This document shows positions 31,434-45,400 of a DNA stretch of 64,000 nt, piece after piece. This stretch comes from Mayamaea pseudoterrestris (lineage: Eukaryota): the NCBI GenBank assembly GCA_027923505.1, contig BROI01000001.1, positions 868,001 to 932,000 on the forward strand. Reading direction: 5' to 3'. The notes under the pieces were generated by a model, which had not been told where the DNA came from, did not search any database, and worked only from the letters and a program-made list of their open reading frames with translations. The position numbers and the translations under genes were made by a program. Position 1 is the stretch's first letter. Every line of letters starts with the position of its first letter.

Positions 31434-32177
31434 CTATCTCTTTCTTTTCCGTCGCAGTATTCCGTTCAAATCTCTCGATCGCGTTTCGCCAGCTTCCAGT
31501 CGCAGCATGTCGCGGCCGTCGCCGCCATTCTTGACACTTGCGCTCACCATTCGCGCCAGCGTCCACATGCCTCCATCCCGATCCAAGCCTCCTCCTACCG
31601 TCTCTGTCATTTCAGCTACTTCCTTCATGGTTTGCGCATCCATGTACGGCATGTCATGTCCAGTCTCCTCCTGGAACCAAGCGTTAAAATCGTCGTCCTG
31701 CCATTGATCCGAGTCTTCACGTAGAATGGCGGATCCGTCTGGTGCTTCCACGAGCAGCTCAAATGCATTTCTTGCTTGCATGAATATGCGCTTGTGTTCC
31801 TCAAGCTCATTATCCGTCTCTGATTGTGCAGTGTCGGGGTGATGCTCCATGGCGATTTGAAGAAACTTTCGTTTGACGGCAGTGTATGCTACAGTCTCGT
31901 CCTTGCTGAGCTGAAAATCAAGATCTTTGAAAGGGTCTTGCTTTTTCTTCTTTGGTCGTAGCTTTGAATATTCTCCACGAGCAGCAAAGAGTCGGCATTG
32001 AAGAAAGCAGTGTGGAGCAATGTCATTAAAAGAATCGAATGAGGTTCGTTGGCGAAGGAAGGAAGCCTGCTGCTGCAATGCAAGTAACCCAGAACAACGC
32101 TGTTCGACTAGTTCTCTCCGCACGAGCTGCGTGACCCTTCTTGCTGATAGAGGAATGACTGTCGTTATTCGACGCAT
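31434..32177 (-). CDS. DnaJ/J-domain protein, probably mitochondrial
   Basis: DPFKDL...VKRKFLQIAMEHHPD...FMQARNAFELL; Arg-rich, presequence-like N-terminus. Confidence 0.8.
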   Translation of the reverse strand: MRRITTVIPLSARRVTQLVRRELVEQRCSGLLALQQQASFLRQRTSFDSFNDIAPHCFLQCRLFAARGEYSKLRPKKKKQDPFKDLDFQLSKDETVAYTAVKRKFLQIAMEHHPDTAQSETDNELEEHKRIFMQARNAFELLVEAPDGSAILREDSDQWQDDDFNAWFQEETGHDMPYMDAQTMKEVAEMTETVGGGLDRDGGMWTLARMVSASVKNGGDGRDMLRLEAGETRSRDLNGILRRKRKR

Positions 32178-32364
32178 GATGGAAATTCGTCAAGGATAAT
32201 GGAGGTCTCATGGCATCAGCAGCGCAGTGAATTGAGATCGTCGTCAATCGTCACACTCGCAGTCAAATAATATCGCACCGGTTCTCAAAACCTTAACCTT
32301 AACTTATTTTCCACTCGACGCCGCCGCACCCTCGCGAGCGTCACACACTCTTTGGATTTTCACC

Positions 32365-33335
32365 ATGGCGTCCACCACCCGCTTTCTTTCCGCGTCAGTA
32401 AAGGCCTACGTGGGCCGGGCGTTGCGAGAGACGGGCGCCGCCTTGAAGCTACGCGGAGAAGCAGAGGTATGGAGCATATGTGAATTTAGAAGGCTAGAAT
32501 GAGCAACTGTTTTCGTACAAGCGCTCGCTTACGCAAGCCGTCGCTTTGCTTGAAATGGAACAATTATGATACAGATGGATCGTATCGAGAGTGACCGAAT
32601 GATGGATAAGAATCGTCGTAAGGATACTTCCTTGTCGTCGTTTTGAATCGCCTCGCTGACTCCTTCTTCGCTTCTCATTTTCAAATTTTCGCACAGATTT
32701 TCTCTCGACACCGCCCCACCATGACTTTCAATAACAAGGCTCCCTTCAAGACAAACGACACATTCATTGCTCCAACAGCATCAGTGATTGGAGACGTTAC
32801 TTGCTGGGACCAGAGTTCCGTCAGCTACAAGGCTGTCGTACGAGCCGACGCGGGGCATAGCGTGACGATTGGCTTTTGTAGCTCGGTGGGAGAAGGCTCC
32901 GTTGTTTGCACGCTTCCAGCGTCGGTCAAGGAATTAGAATCCACTTTTCCACCAGACGTTCAAATTGGTCACTATGTTACCATTGGCAGTGGCTGTGTGC
33001 TCAAGTCTTGTCGGATTGATGACATTGTTACCATTGGCGACAAGTGCACCATTCTGGAAGGCTCCTTGATTGAAAATCACGTCATTTTGGAGGCTGGCTC
33101 GGTGGTTCTTCCGTATCAGCGCATTCCGTCGGGACAAAAGTGGGCGGGCAATCCGGCAGCCTACGTTTCAGACTTGACGCCGGAGGAGAAGGAATCTATT
33201 CAGGCCAAGTCAAACAAGGTACATGACCTTGCCTTGGAACATGCAATCGAGTTCTTGCCATATGGATACTCCTACGTGCACTTGGAAGACATTGAAAAAG
33301 AATCTGCGGGGAAAGAAGTGCTGCGATCTGGTTAG
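32365..33335 (+). CDS. Mitochondrial gamma-carbonic-anhydrase-like protein (complex I CA-domain type), 2 exons
   Basis: Exons 32365-32466 and 32697-33335. VGRALRETG...FSRHR, FIAPTASVIGDV, hexapeptide repeats and WAGNPA. Confidence 0.88.
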
Positions 33336-33467
33336 AGCTTTTATTATACCTCTTGTCATTGCGTCAATGCCTGATAGACTGTTTGCTGTTTGCAACTGAG
33401 ACGAGAAGCTCAATGAAATTAATTGTAAACGAGATCTTACTTTTGCTAATGCTTATGAACTATTACA

Positions 33468-36400
33468 CTAGAAAAGCGGATCATTTTCACATTTGGCTTG
33501 AATCAGAGCAGCTTTCTCCACCACAATATCAGCGGTTCGCTTCTCTCGAACCACCTCGGCGCTACTATCCAAGCCAATCCAGGTTGGCGGCGTGTGAGAC
33601 GGCAAGCTTTCAATCCATTCAAAGCACCTTTCTCGAGTCGAAGCTTCAGGAAGCAACGGACTTTCCGCAACGTTGGCAATCACCTTAAAATCGACGTTAA
33701 AGCTTGAAGGTTGAAACAAATAATTTATCAAATCGTCCAGTACGCCCTGGTCAATGTCGGCCGTAATACGCCCGCCAAACACTCCGTTGCGAAGCGTCGA
33801 TCGAATAGCGTCCCAAGGGAGCTTCTCTGGGTCCTGCGACTGGCGACCATTTCCTTCCATTAGCGAGTCGATGACATCCAGAGCGTGCGTGGCATCCGCC
33901 TCCGTCCATTCGTAGGCTTCACTCCAACCAGATGGAACAAACCGAAGACGTTCTTGAATGACAGCGTGAGTCCAGGCGAGAAGCAGATATAAACGATTTC
34001 GTGCTGGCACGATGAAACGATCCTTGGCAATGCTGCTAAAGAATCGGGACAGGGTGGCCTTAATTCCACTGAGTGCTTCGGCAACAATCTTGTCCGAGAT
34101 GCGCAATAACCCAGTTGGGAGCTTAGGATTGATTTCGCTCGTAATGAATATGCGAAAGTCTTGATGCGTATGAGGTCCAAGCGCCTGCAGCTTCTTTACT
34201 AAAGTCTCGCGAAGCCAGTCTACGCACAGGTGGACGTTTTTGAGCATCACCCAGGTCCCACGCTTGGAGGCCGTCGCCAACATATTCTCAGCTGACTCAT
34301 AGCCCTCCGCGCTACCCATTGCCACTGCTGCCAGCTCTTTCGTTAACTCGCGGGCCATGGCTTCGACGCGCCCGCTCACATCATGGCCGGGCGCCTGGCA
34401 TAGCAAGAGGGGCGTCGTCGAACCAAGTTCAATCTCCGTCACCTCCGCCAGATGATTTAACGACCGGCCCTGCCACGGGAAGGTGGCACCAAAAACTTCG
34501 TTGATTGCGCCAATCAGGTCATCTGGTGACTCGACTTGCTTAGAGCCAATTGTGTTATCTCCTTTGTAAAGACGACCAAGGATTACAGAAAATACAATCT
34601 TGTCTTCAGTTTTCAGTCCACGTGCAATGCGAGATGCAACTTGCCGGAAGAGCGATATTTTCAAAAGTTCGACACGTTGTGCGTCGTCCATGTCTGTCGT
34701 TCCAGATTCACGGGCGAGGCAAAATTCAAGAATCGACATGAAAGTTTTGGCAGGAAATTCGTACAAGAAGCTAAGCGACCGAAAGGACTCCAGTAGCAAG
34801 AAAAGCTTCCTACATATGACCGAGAATGGTTCAAACCTTGCCACTGCTTCATGAACTTGTGCCATCACTTCTTCGCTCTTTGATATTTGCTCTTCCACGT
34901 GGTGTCCTTCTCGCATCAAAAACTCCATGCCTTCCACGACGCGATTATCGTCGAGAATCGAACCTTCACATGCACTGATCATCGCAAGCATCTTGTCTTC
35001 GAGCTCCCTGAGCTTTACGTTCTGTTCACCCTGCAACTTCAGGAGATCTTCCCGCTGCTTCTCGAGCTCGGGCTTCATTGATCGGACAAGCTGACTTAAA
35101 CTCTGGCTTTGTAAGCTGTCCGGAGTAACGGTGAAGTTTACCAGAGTTACTCTCGAGCATATATCAGGGGTCAATCTGATGGCGGGGTTCTTAGTACAAA
35201 GGATGATTTTAAACATGGGACTGTAATCAACTTCATCCGTCCCAATTCTGACCAACGTTCGGCCACCAGTTCGCTGCAGTTCTTTGTTCAATATTGGATT
35301 CAGGATTGGGTCTATCTTCTCAACGTTTTCGACGAGTAGAGTCGTGCCAAATCGCACCGCACCTGCAAGCGTTTTCATGAAGGCCTTGTCCAAAAAGCTC
35401 GTGGTTTGAATTTTTTCGCTCTTGTGCTTCTGGAGCAAAAACGAAATTGCTTGGCCTGAAGGGTCAATGACAAGGGGAAATCGCGTACCGTGCTCGAGAA
35501 TGACTCCGTTCTCGAGACTTAAATGGTCGCCTGGAAGACCTTGTGACATCCACGTCAAGCGTTGCGACGCGTTACTGAGCGACTCGACGATGGCAAGGTC
35601 CTCTCGATAATCGAGATCGAGGGAATGCAACGTTTCCTTCCAACTCTCCGTCATAGCTGAGCGCGTCTTGAAGTCAAAAAAACCTCCGTAAGTCAAAAAA
35701 GCCGCCATGAGCAAGCTATCACCAATTAAACTTTTCATTATGAGATGGAAACTTTCCGACGTTTTCGACCAGCGCTCACTTTCGTGCCCTAGACTTTTTA
35801 GAAGACTTTCGGCACGCGATATTTTGGAATTGACGTTTTCGAGCTCCACTTTTAACGCCTCCACATCACGAATTAAGCTGGCGTAGTCCATCTTGTATTG
35901 CGCAATCGAGAATTCAAGCTTGTTCACTTCGTCGGTTATTTTCTCCATTTCCTCCTTCGCAAGGTTCGCCTCATCTTCAAGGAGCGCAACTTCTTCCCGA
36001 AGTGGCTGAATATTATTGTAGATGGTGCTATATTTTATCTGCGACTCAGCCCATTTGTATAATGGGCCGCAGGCCTTGCTACTCCGCGTCACAGCTTCGG
36101 TTGTCAGGTCGGTATTGCCATCAAGATACTTCTCTTTCACCAAACTGATTTGCTTCACAGAAAGCTTATCGGCGTCAAAATTGAGAATAGTCGGGATAAA
36201 ATCAGCTTTTGAGAGAATCTTTCGAATGTGTGTCCATTCAATATTGCTCTCGCCCATCATTATAGCGACACATTCAAGCGTCAGCTTCACATTTTCGGGC
36301 GGGCGAGCCAGATTTTTGACTTCGTCGAGATCACGCTTGACAATTCCCCTAACGCTAGCTTGTGCGTCCCGCAGAGCTGGCTCTGCTTCGTCTAGGTCGC

Positions 36401-39400
36401 GCTGAGCTTGATTCTTTCGTTGATTTATCTGGGTTTGTTGCTTTGCAAGCTCTGCACTCATGCGCTCTGCTTCATCCTTTCGCTTCTCAGCTTCGTTCTG
36501 GTCAGCTACCATTTGCTGCAGCTTTTCATTGGCCAGCTGTTCTTTAGATTGTAGTTCCGCCGTCTTCCCGGCCAGGCCTTTTCTAAGCTCGGCTACATTC
36601 TCTTGAGTCTGTCGAAGCTTATCTAACCCAGCGTTAACATGCAACTGCTCGTCCTCGAAATTTTCTCGGCGACTGTTAAGACAAGTGACAAAGTTTTGAA
36701 TCAGCGCGAGATAATCCCTCGGCGAAAGATATGTACGCGTAATGCTGCTAGCCTCAGACGCGGCCTCTTCTGCGGTAGTCTTGGCAATTTGATGCAAGGT
36801 AACGAGAGCAGCTACTACAGCATGTCGAAGACTGCCCTGACTTGCTCCTCCAAAAGCACTTTGAACCTTGTCCATCAGTTTTTGGCCTTCGCCGACGTTC
36901 CAGGCTCCTCCGGTGGCATCAGCATCTCCCAAGTCAAGTCTTTGCGTAAATTCTTTCCCAACTTCACCCTGTGATCAAGCATAATGTAATTTAGAAACCA
37001 TAATGATTTCTGTGCTACAGCTTTTACATGCACGTACCATAGCCTTGTAACTCCATGTGCCAAACCAGTCGACAACGCAGCGATTAAATAAAGCTGGACT
37101 TGTCGTCGACCGATTCTTCCAGTCGCCACCACTCGGATTAACCGTGAAAACCACGTGAAGGTTCCTTTGAACAATTTTTGTAAAGTGACGCCATATCTCT
37201 TCTTCACTTTCCAGTATTACACCATCCCGAGCAGCAGCGTCGCGAGCGCCATGTATTAGTGACGTGTACTCCTCGCCGTCGAACAATCCGGGGACTTCTC
37301 CGCTAGCAAGAAGCGAGTTGATTGCTTCAATAAAACCAGCTGACAAGACATTGGCTTCATCGAAAATGAAGCAAACCTTTTCTCCTTCTACTCCAACCCT
37401 TCGCATCAGGCCGCGCAAATCATCGTAAAAATCATCCATGCCATAGCGTGAATGTGCTTTAATCTGAAATATACTCAGTCCGTTCATCCAACTGACAAAT
37501 TTGCTCAAAACAGTTTTACCAACACCAGAGTCCCCAACGGCCAAAACGTGTCCCATTGGCTGACGAAGGACTCGGTCGATTCGCAACACATGGTCCAGTA
37601 CTTCGTCAAAGACAACCAGCGGTACATCCAGCTCCTCTTCATAAAAGACACGGAGGCGCGCGACGAGAAAGTCTTTGAGTTCTTCACGCTCCACACGCCG
37701 AGAGTCTTTGCTAAGCCATGACGTGAAAAACATTGGTCTGGCCAGCGCGTCACTGAAATCGACGCCGGCGAACCAGCGGCGTGCGGTGTTGTCAATGTTG
37801 TGGTTGCACCAGTCTTTGTCACTTTCCTTGACTAACCGATCAGCGAATAGGCGAAGCCCTTCATGTGCCCAAATTCGTACTAGCTCTTCTCGCGTCAACG
37901 AGTCCAAATTAACCACCGCTTCATAAATTCCCCTAACCCAACGACTCAATTCGCGGGGCGAGTAAAAGTATTGAGGTTGAAGTGCTGGAGTGTACTTGGA
38001 TTGGTTCTCTAGGTACACTTCTACCATTGCTTCTGTCATGGCGTCAGTCTCACCCTTAAGATTCGGGAAAAGCTTCATCATACCTCCGTTGAATGTGCGG
38101 TAAATTTGAAGTAGACTATCTCTCTCAGGGAAGTCAACAAAAAGAAGCGGGACATGTCGTAAAAATCGATGGCTCATCTCTACGCGTCCTGCATCAGTGG
38201 GCGGATTGCAGGCACCAACAAACTGTATTCGATTGATCTTAACCCAGGTATTGTCACCTCGCCAGAAACCTCCATGCTCTACGAGCTGTCTCATAAACAT
38301 AATGACCCGCTGCGTGCCGTATGTATCCTTCTCCGGGAGATTTATTTCATCACAGAAAACAACGAGCCAGCTGCTAGAGCCTAAATTCTCTGTCGGTTCC
38401 AAGTACAGATCTTTCCCGCGTCGCACGTAGCTGCAATATTGAGTAAATGTTTTCAATATGATTTCAGGCGTCGTTCTCGAGGAAAAGTTGAGATTCGCGA
38501 GGACAACACCTTGCATAGATTGAAGCACGTTGGTCAGAGTCATTGTTTTACCAGAACCAGGCGGTCCACAGAGGACCAACGGAATACGTCGTCCAAGCCA
38601 GGCGCTGATTACATCGGAATGACGTATCGTATCAGTAGTGGTGATGACAACGTCGCTTGCTGCTACCCGGTGGCTTTCAATTTCTATGCGAGGCACACCA
38701 TCGCTCCATAGCTCATATTCGCCATTGTCCACACGGACTCGATAATCTGAGATCGAATGTTCGCTTGAAGATAAAACGACGCCACTAGTGCGAAGCAACA
38801 TGTCGCTAAAGCGTTTTCGTACGTCCCACGGCGCACTTCCACAAAATGACCACAACAGAGAATGAAGCAGCCATCGTTTAGCAAATTTCTCCATGTGCTC
38901 ACCCGTCATGGGAAAGTCCGGGTGGTTTTCGTCGTACTCAATCGCGAGCAGAATCCCTTGGACAAGTAACGCTCGAAACGTGTGCAACAATCGGTCACGT
39001 GTGGGTTCCATCTAAGTTATCGATACAAAATTGTGAGAATCAGCCAAATATGCCCTGTTGCGAGATGCATCCATGTCCCGACTTACAATGTGAGTCTCTT
39101 GTAAAGCAAAGTCCAGTGCGTCAATCACGAGGGATGATGTCCTTTCAGCATGAATAAGTGGGCGAATTGTATCGAGAAATAATATCTGCGCAGCTGGAAT
39201 ATCCTCATCGGGAGACTTGTCTCCCACTAAATCTTCCTTTGCCAGGGATCGCAGCAAATGCTGGAGTGCCATATCAGGGGTTATGCAATCATCGCTAAAC
39301 CAAACCATACCGCAACGAGAGACGGTTGCCGGTGTCGCATGAGCCAGACTGTCAACTTCTAAAATGATTCGAACATTGTTCGGAATGGATAGCCGCTCGC

Positions 39401-42400
39401 CGCTGGGCAGGGTAAGCATCTTGTTGTCGTCAAGAACAGAGTTTAAGTTCTCTGCCCAATCAGGATCAACATCACCATCGAATACAATCCAATGTCGTTT
39501 CTCTGACTCGCCGCGCTGGTTTTCGATTATCTGTCGCAGCAGCGATGTGAACACACCGTCCGTCCACTCAAGAGTAGTACCATCCAAGGAACCGTAGAGG
39601 CGGTCCTTGTTCGTCGCCTTGGGTTCAATCATGTACATCTCGCCCTTTGTAGAATCAAGTGCCTCAAGAACCTTTAACAAAGTTTTTAATGCGGCCGATT
39701 TCCCTGACTTGCCAACAACCATGACACCATGTCGCATCTCGAGCACCTGTTTGAGTTGCAAGAGTTTTTGGATAAATCCTTCGGCCGGCACAAGATCATG
39801 CGCTTCACAGGCTTTAAGTATTTCTGTTCGAGCACGTTCATCATCCATGGCTGCGACGGACGATCCGGGGAAAGTCTCCTGAAGAATCTCGTCAAAAATA
39901 TGCATGTCCTCTGCGACAAGCTTGGGCAGTACGTTGTTGCAAGCACCGGCAATCAGAGCACCCTTTTCGGCGTCGGCCAGATCCTCGTGTTTTAACTGCC
40001 CCTTTCCTTCAAGTGCTTGCCGTTTAAGCGCTCCCGCACTGACCAATAATGTTTTTAAGGCACGCAGACCAAAGTCGTAATGCCTCTGCTTGGACATTCG
40101 CTGCTCGCAGAGCAAAAACAGGTTTACTACTTTATCAGCTAACTGTTCTGCCGTAACGATGCCTTGACTGTAAAGCATGACTTGCGCGATAAGGTTTCGG
40201 TCGGGCACAACCATGGCGAATGAGCGAAAGAGAGCCTTGAGATTGTCTGGAAGATTTCGACGACCTTCGTAGCCAGGATTTAGTGTGATAAAGATGCCGA
40301 CGTTCTCATTCAATGCTATCGATCGACCGAGCAAATCAATCCTTGGTTGGCGTTCCAGCAAGCCGCGCTGAATCGTTAAAACTTGTTGACTGACAGCACT
40401 CAAAATTCGTTCTTCAAGACGATTAAACTCGTCAAAACAGCCCCAAGCGCCAACTTGAGCCAGACCAGAGAGTAGGCGACCCATTGCGCTGAAATCAAAG
40501 GTCTCATCTGAAGGAAATTTGTGTTAGCTTCAATACTTTAAACATAAACTGTGCACCCGCGACTGTGACTTACCACAATTGAAAACCAACACAAAACGAC
40601 CGAGAGCTGCCCCCAGTGCCTTGACACTCTCCGTTTTGCCTGCAATGTATATAAAAGTAGCGTTAGAAATTGTACATTACTGCCAGCTATTGCCTTTGGA
40701 ATAACATACCTGTTCCAGCAGGTCCAAATGGGTTGCCACCCATACGGAAATGCAGTGCCTGGGTCAGGGTGAGATAGCACCTATCCGTCAGCGGAGTCTG
40801 GACAAGGCGTTCGCCAATACCTAGATATTCGAAGCCGTAGTAAAACTTTGCATTGGAGAGAACAACCTGAAGCTTCTCTTTCAGTGACGCCTTTGGATCG
40901 TAAATGTAGCGGAGGTGATAGAGCCAGCGGAAGTCGGTAGGACTTGAGACGTTCTTGTCAATCAGATCTCGAACGACATCCCGCTCATGAACGAGCTCCG
41001 TGATGAGCTGCTCGAATTTTTTCCTAGTATCTGGCGGAAGCTCCATCAAGACCGTTTTAGCCATGACCTCTAATTTCCACTCAAGGACCCGAAGCACTTC
41101 AGCAAGCGTCTTTGGCGTATCTGATTCATGTAACGCTTTGTCAACACCCATACTCCAATTAATTTGCGCGGCGAGAATCATTATTTGCGCAGGAAATTTT
41201 GTAGTCCATTCCACAAACATTGCTTGACAAGCTTCGTCTAGCTTCAAGCTTGTGTCGAAGGCGTCATCCTTCACAGCCTGCTCCAAAAGGAGCGCGAGTG
41301 TTTCCTGCATGCCTGTTTCTAGGGCCTTGAGCCACTCTTTGACGTTTGTCTCGGGGCCAATGTCAACGGTTTGATGAAGTGTCACATGTTCTCCGTCCTT
41401 GCTCACCATTCCAGTTAACCGTGCCTGCAAGCCTTCAGGAAGATCATCGGTCTGGATTCGCGCACCGGCAATACCTGCAAACATTTTGCCGACATGAGCC
41501 AAGATCTTGCCAGGCTCGTGGGAATTGCCCATAATTTCAAGCAAATCTTCGTCGCCGAGGAAGTAAAATCTACTGAAGTCACTGCGCTGTTTGGCTAAGT
41601 ATTCGCCAAGCGCTTTCTGTATCACACTCATCAAGCTGCCAAGGCGTTCCAGCGTGCGTTGTAAGTTTTCAATGTTTAGAATCTCCATTGCAAAAGGCTT
41701 GCTGGCAACCCGACGCATCAAGGATACAAATCCAGAGTCGACACTTTTAAAACGGGACCATTCAGACGGGAGCTGAGCCTTGATGTCTGAGCTGCCAAAA
41801 AATATGCCTTCCAAGTACACCCACTGACGCTGAATGTCTACCCAGGCATCAAATGCCGTTCGAACTTTTGTCAGTCGATCTTCCCATAACCTTCCTTCTT
41901 CTTGAAACTCGCGCACTGCGCGGTAGTACGGGGAGCTCTTCATCAAGGCAAGACCTCCAATGTGGTCATCAAGCGTGGCGAAGAGATCGTCCCACCCACG
42001 GATAAGCCGTGTTCGATTCTGGAAAAGAACAAGGTCCAACTCTTGTTTCGTCCATCGAGTTTTGACTTGGCCAAGAAAGATTTCGATGGCCATTTCGCCT
42101 TGAGCTGTCGTCAGTATGTCTTGCATATCCTTCTTTCGACTAATGACACCATGCTCCCATAGAACGCCGACTGTTAGGTCCGTGATTGGAATGCGGATAC
42201 CTAGCCGCTGTAAGATTGCTTTCCAGTGACGTTCTTTCAATGATTCGGTTTTCAGTTCCGACAGCAGCCCATGGCCGCTGATGTAGTTCTTAACAAGGTC
42301 ATGGAACTGGATGTAAGGATCGTACTGCCGGATGCGGTTTGGGAGTGAACGCATAGCGGCAAGAAGATCATCCAAGGAACGCTTAACCTTCCTCATAACC

Positions 42401-45400
42401 ACAGTGGCCCACGGAGTATCCTTGATCTTTTCTAACTCATTATACGAGTCTAGGATGGCCTCCCAAACTTCTTTTAGATCCCCGAGCTCGCTCACTGCTT
42501 CTATGATGTCTGTCTGTTTGTCGTTTGTGTGCTCGAGCCCCAACGCATCCTTTGCCCGACTGAGATTGTCTTGATGCACATGAGCTGTCTTCATGTCCAG
42601 CTCAAAGTCGGTCAAAACTGCTAACGCTTGCGGCGGCGGTATGTTCCCCCGCAAAGGCTTCTCTTCATGCCATCTACTAAGAAGCTCCGACATTTTCTTT
42701 GATGCCGATCGATCCTCGGCCGAGACGCGCGCCTGCAAAAGTGGCACTTGCTGGTCCATTGTGCGGCAACGTCGTTCAAGGACTTGTAGAAGACTATCGT
42801 ACAGCCCTTTGACAACACTTGTCTCCACCCAATCGCTGTGAAATACAAATCGCTGTTGCTTTAACATCTTTTCGGACGAGCAAAGAGCATCAATTTCTTT
42901 CGCCCATGACACGATTTTTTGCTTCATTTCTTGGATGAACGTGACGCCGAGAACAATTTTTTCGGTAGAGGCACTATCCAAGACGGTTTCCTCGAGTCGA
43001 GATTTTGCTGCCAAGACCTTCGCATGCTTCTCAGAAATGGTTTGAGAAAGAACAGACGAAAAGGTACTTTGAAGCTCCTTTTGCCACGAATCATACTTCA
43101 GATTGATCTGTGACTGAACCTTTCCAAAGCTGATAGTAAAAGGTCCAAAGGCAGCAGTTGTAGCGGCGGAGTCCAGTGCGGTGCGAGCTTCGGCGGCTTC
43201 GATCAGCAGTACCTGCCACTTGTCGACGTCTGACCCCATTTGGGCAGCGATATCACTTACTTGGGTATCCCACAGTGTCTGATAGGCCAGCCACTGGTCG
43301 GCAAACGAAGCGGCTTCGTTAACATGCACCTCGATAGCACTGTACGCTTGCTGAATTAGCCCATGAGGAAGCATCGTCACCACGTCTTCAAATGACGATG
43401 GTGCCGCTGAGGTGCCAGCACCGTCAAACACCTCAAATCGCCCACTTCTTGGTCGCTGTAGCTTGCACACCACGCCAATATACTCGTGAAGAAGCGTCAG
43501 GAACATCGAATGGCAAATGGGCATTGCAGGAGTAGCTAAAATTTCTTGGTTCCTTAGTACAATTTCGATGGCAATCTTCATGGAATCGGCTGGCACTTTA
43601 CTTTCAAAACCATTTTCGTCGTCTTCCTTTTCCTCGGTACCTTCGTCCGCCGAACTTGCACGAAATAGGCGAACCCAACTCTTCAATGCCATCTGAAGGC
43701 GAACCGACAATACTTTCGACATCCTCTTTCCCACTACATTGACCCATGACTCCAGATCAGCATAACCGCTCAATGACATCTCATCAATCGATTTCTGAAT
43801 GCGATCAGCAACCGCCTGAAACTTGGCACCATCGTACTCGATTTCTTCCAAAACAGCCATTGCAACGTCAACCATTTTGCATGCTGTCAGTAGTTGCTCG
43901 ACGCGCTCTTCAAATTTAGTGACACCTTCGGTTAGCCGCGTCACCCACTCAGTCATTTTATCTTTGTCGGGCCATCGAACTCTCTGTCCTTTGGAGACGG
44001 CAACTGATGTTGAGAGTTTGGCGTCAAAAGCGTCTGAAACGCACTCACGAATCTCGAGCAGCTGAGGCATCAACAGCGGCTCAAGCTCAGGCGTCACCAG
44101 TTGTCGAACCGCCTGATACGACCGAAGTGCAGTCTTCACCGCAACAGCATAGGGAAAACGCGCGACTGCCTCGTCAGCGGCCCCCGTCAAGGCTTTCGTA
44201 ATGTCTTTTCCATATCCTAACCACTTAAGATGACGAAGCTCCTTTGAAAGTACTTCGGTCTTGTCATCAAAGTTGACCTTGGCAACAAGGATGCCATCTC
44301 GACCTTCAGGAACAATCAAGACGGGAAAGGAACTAAGTCGGAGTCTGTCCGATGAGCTTATGTCGCGCTCCCACTCAGCCACCCACTTGCTAAGGAATGA
44401 CCGAGCATCCAACTTGCCCAGCAGCTCATCACCGCTCTTACGAAGCTGTCGCCCCTCCAGTTGTTGACCCCAATTAGGACCAAGTACATTGCCCATGCGT
44501 TCCATCAACGTCTGGACTTGGCGTTCCATCTGCTTGGCCCATAGAATCTTGCCCGCGACCGGAGGGATTCCTCGCAAGCGTGAGATGCGAGCAGCGGCCG
44601 ATGCTTCGTATTTTAAGGTGAACTTGGATTGGAGCTTTTCAATGGCCTCGGCAACGGTCGAGATGAGCTGAACTTGAAATTCCTTGACGGCTGCACGTAC
44701 GCGTGTGCGCGTCAAAAGTAGGTTGAAGCGTGCAAAGACCGCAAACATGTCTTCGGCGTCCTACAAACAAAAAGGACTTGCACGTTAGATATGCGTCTAA
44801 CAAAACTAAACAGATGACAACATCCAACAAATAGCACATACCCGGCAGGCCTGAAGTTTGTCGTGAAGTAACTTAGCCAAGCGCTCTTCAATAGTGTCCA
44901 TGGTCAAGTCGTATTCCTCAAGCGCGGCATCCAACGTCTTTACACCAACCGGCGTGATATCCAAAACATTCAAGCTCGCAAAAATTTGTCGGGGCGCCTG
45001 CTCCACCTGCTGAATCGCTTCTGGCTCATCGTCACGCAGAATCGCATGCACCACTTGGCGCAGTTGCTCCTGCGTCCCCCGGAACGAATACAGTTGTTCC
45101 AGTCGCTGCTTGAGCGGCAAATGATGCAAAACTACCTTACCAAGTATCTGCCCAAAGCCATTCAGTTTACGACGGCGACCTTGATCCGCCATAAAATCCT
45201 TCCATTCGTCAAAGCGCTCATTAAAGACGGTAAAGACATATTCCGCCGGAAAGTGAACCTTGCTTTCATACTCCTTGTAGTCCATAAACACCAATGCTTT
45301 GAACTCTTCCAAAACACCCAACATGGAGTCCTTCAGCACCACAGTCGTAGCCTCGACCAACTGACAAGCCCGCTCCGGCGAGTAGTGCCGACTCTGCCGC

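Noticed and set aside
32467..32696. Long gamma-CA intron as a possible snoRNA host
   Set aside because: No convincing RUGAUGA/CUGA pair with a terminal stem; the CTGAC present is more simply the branch site.
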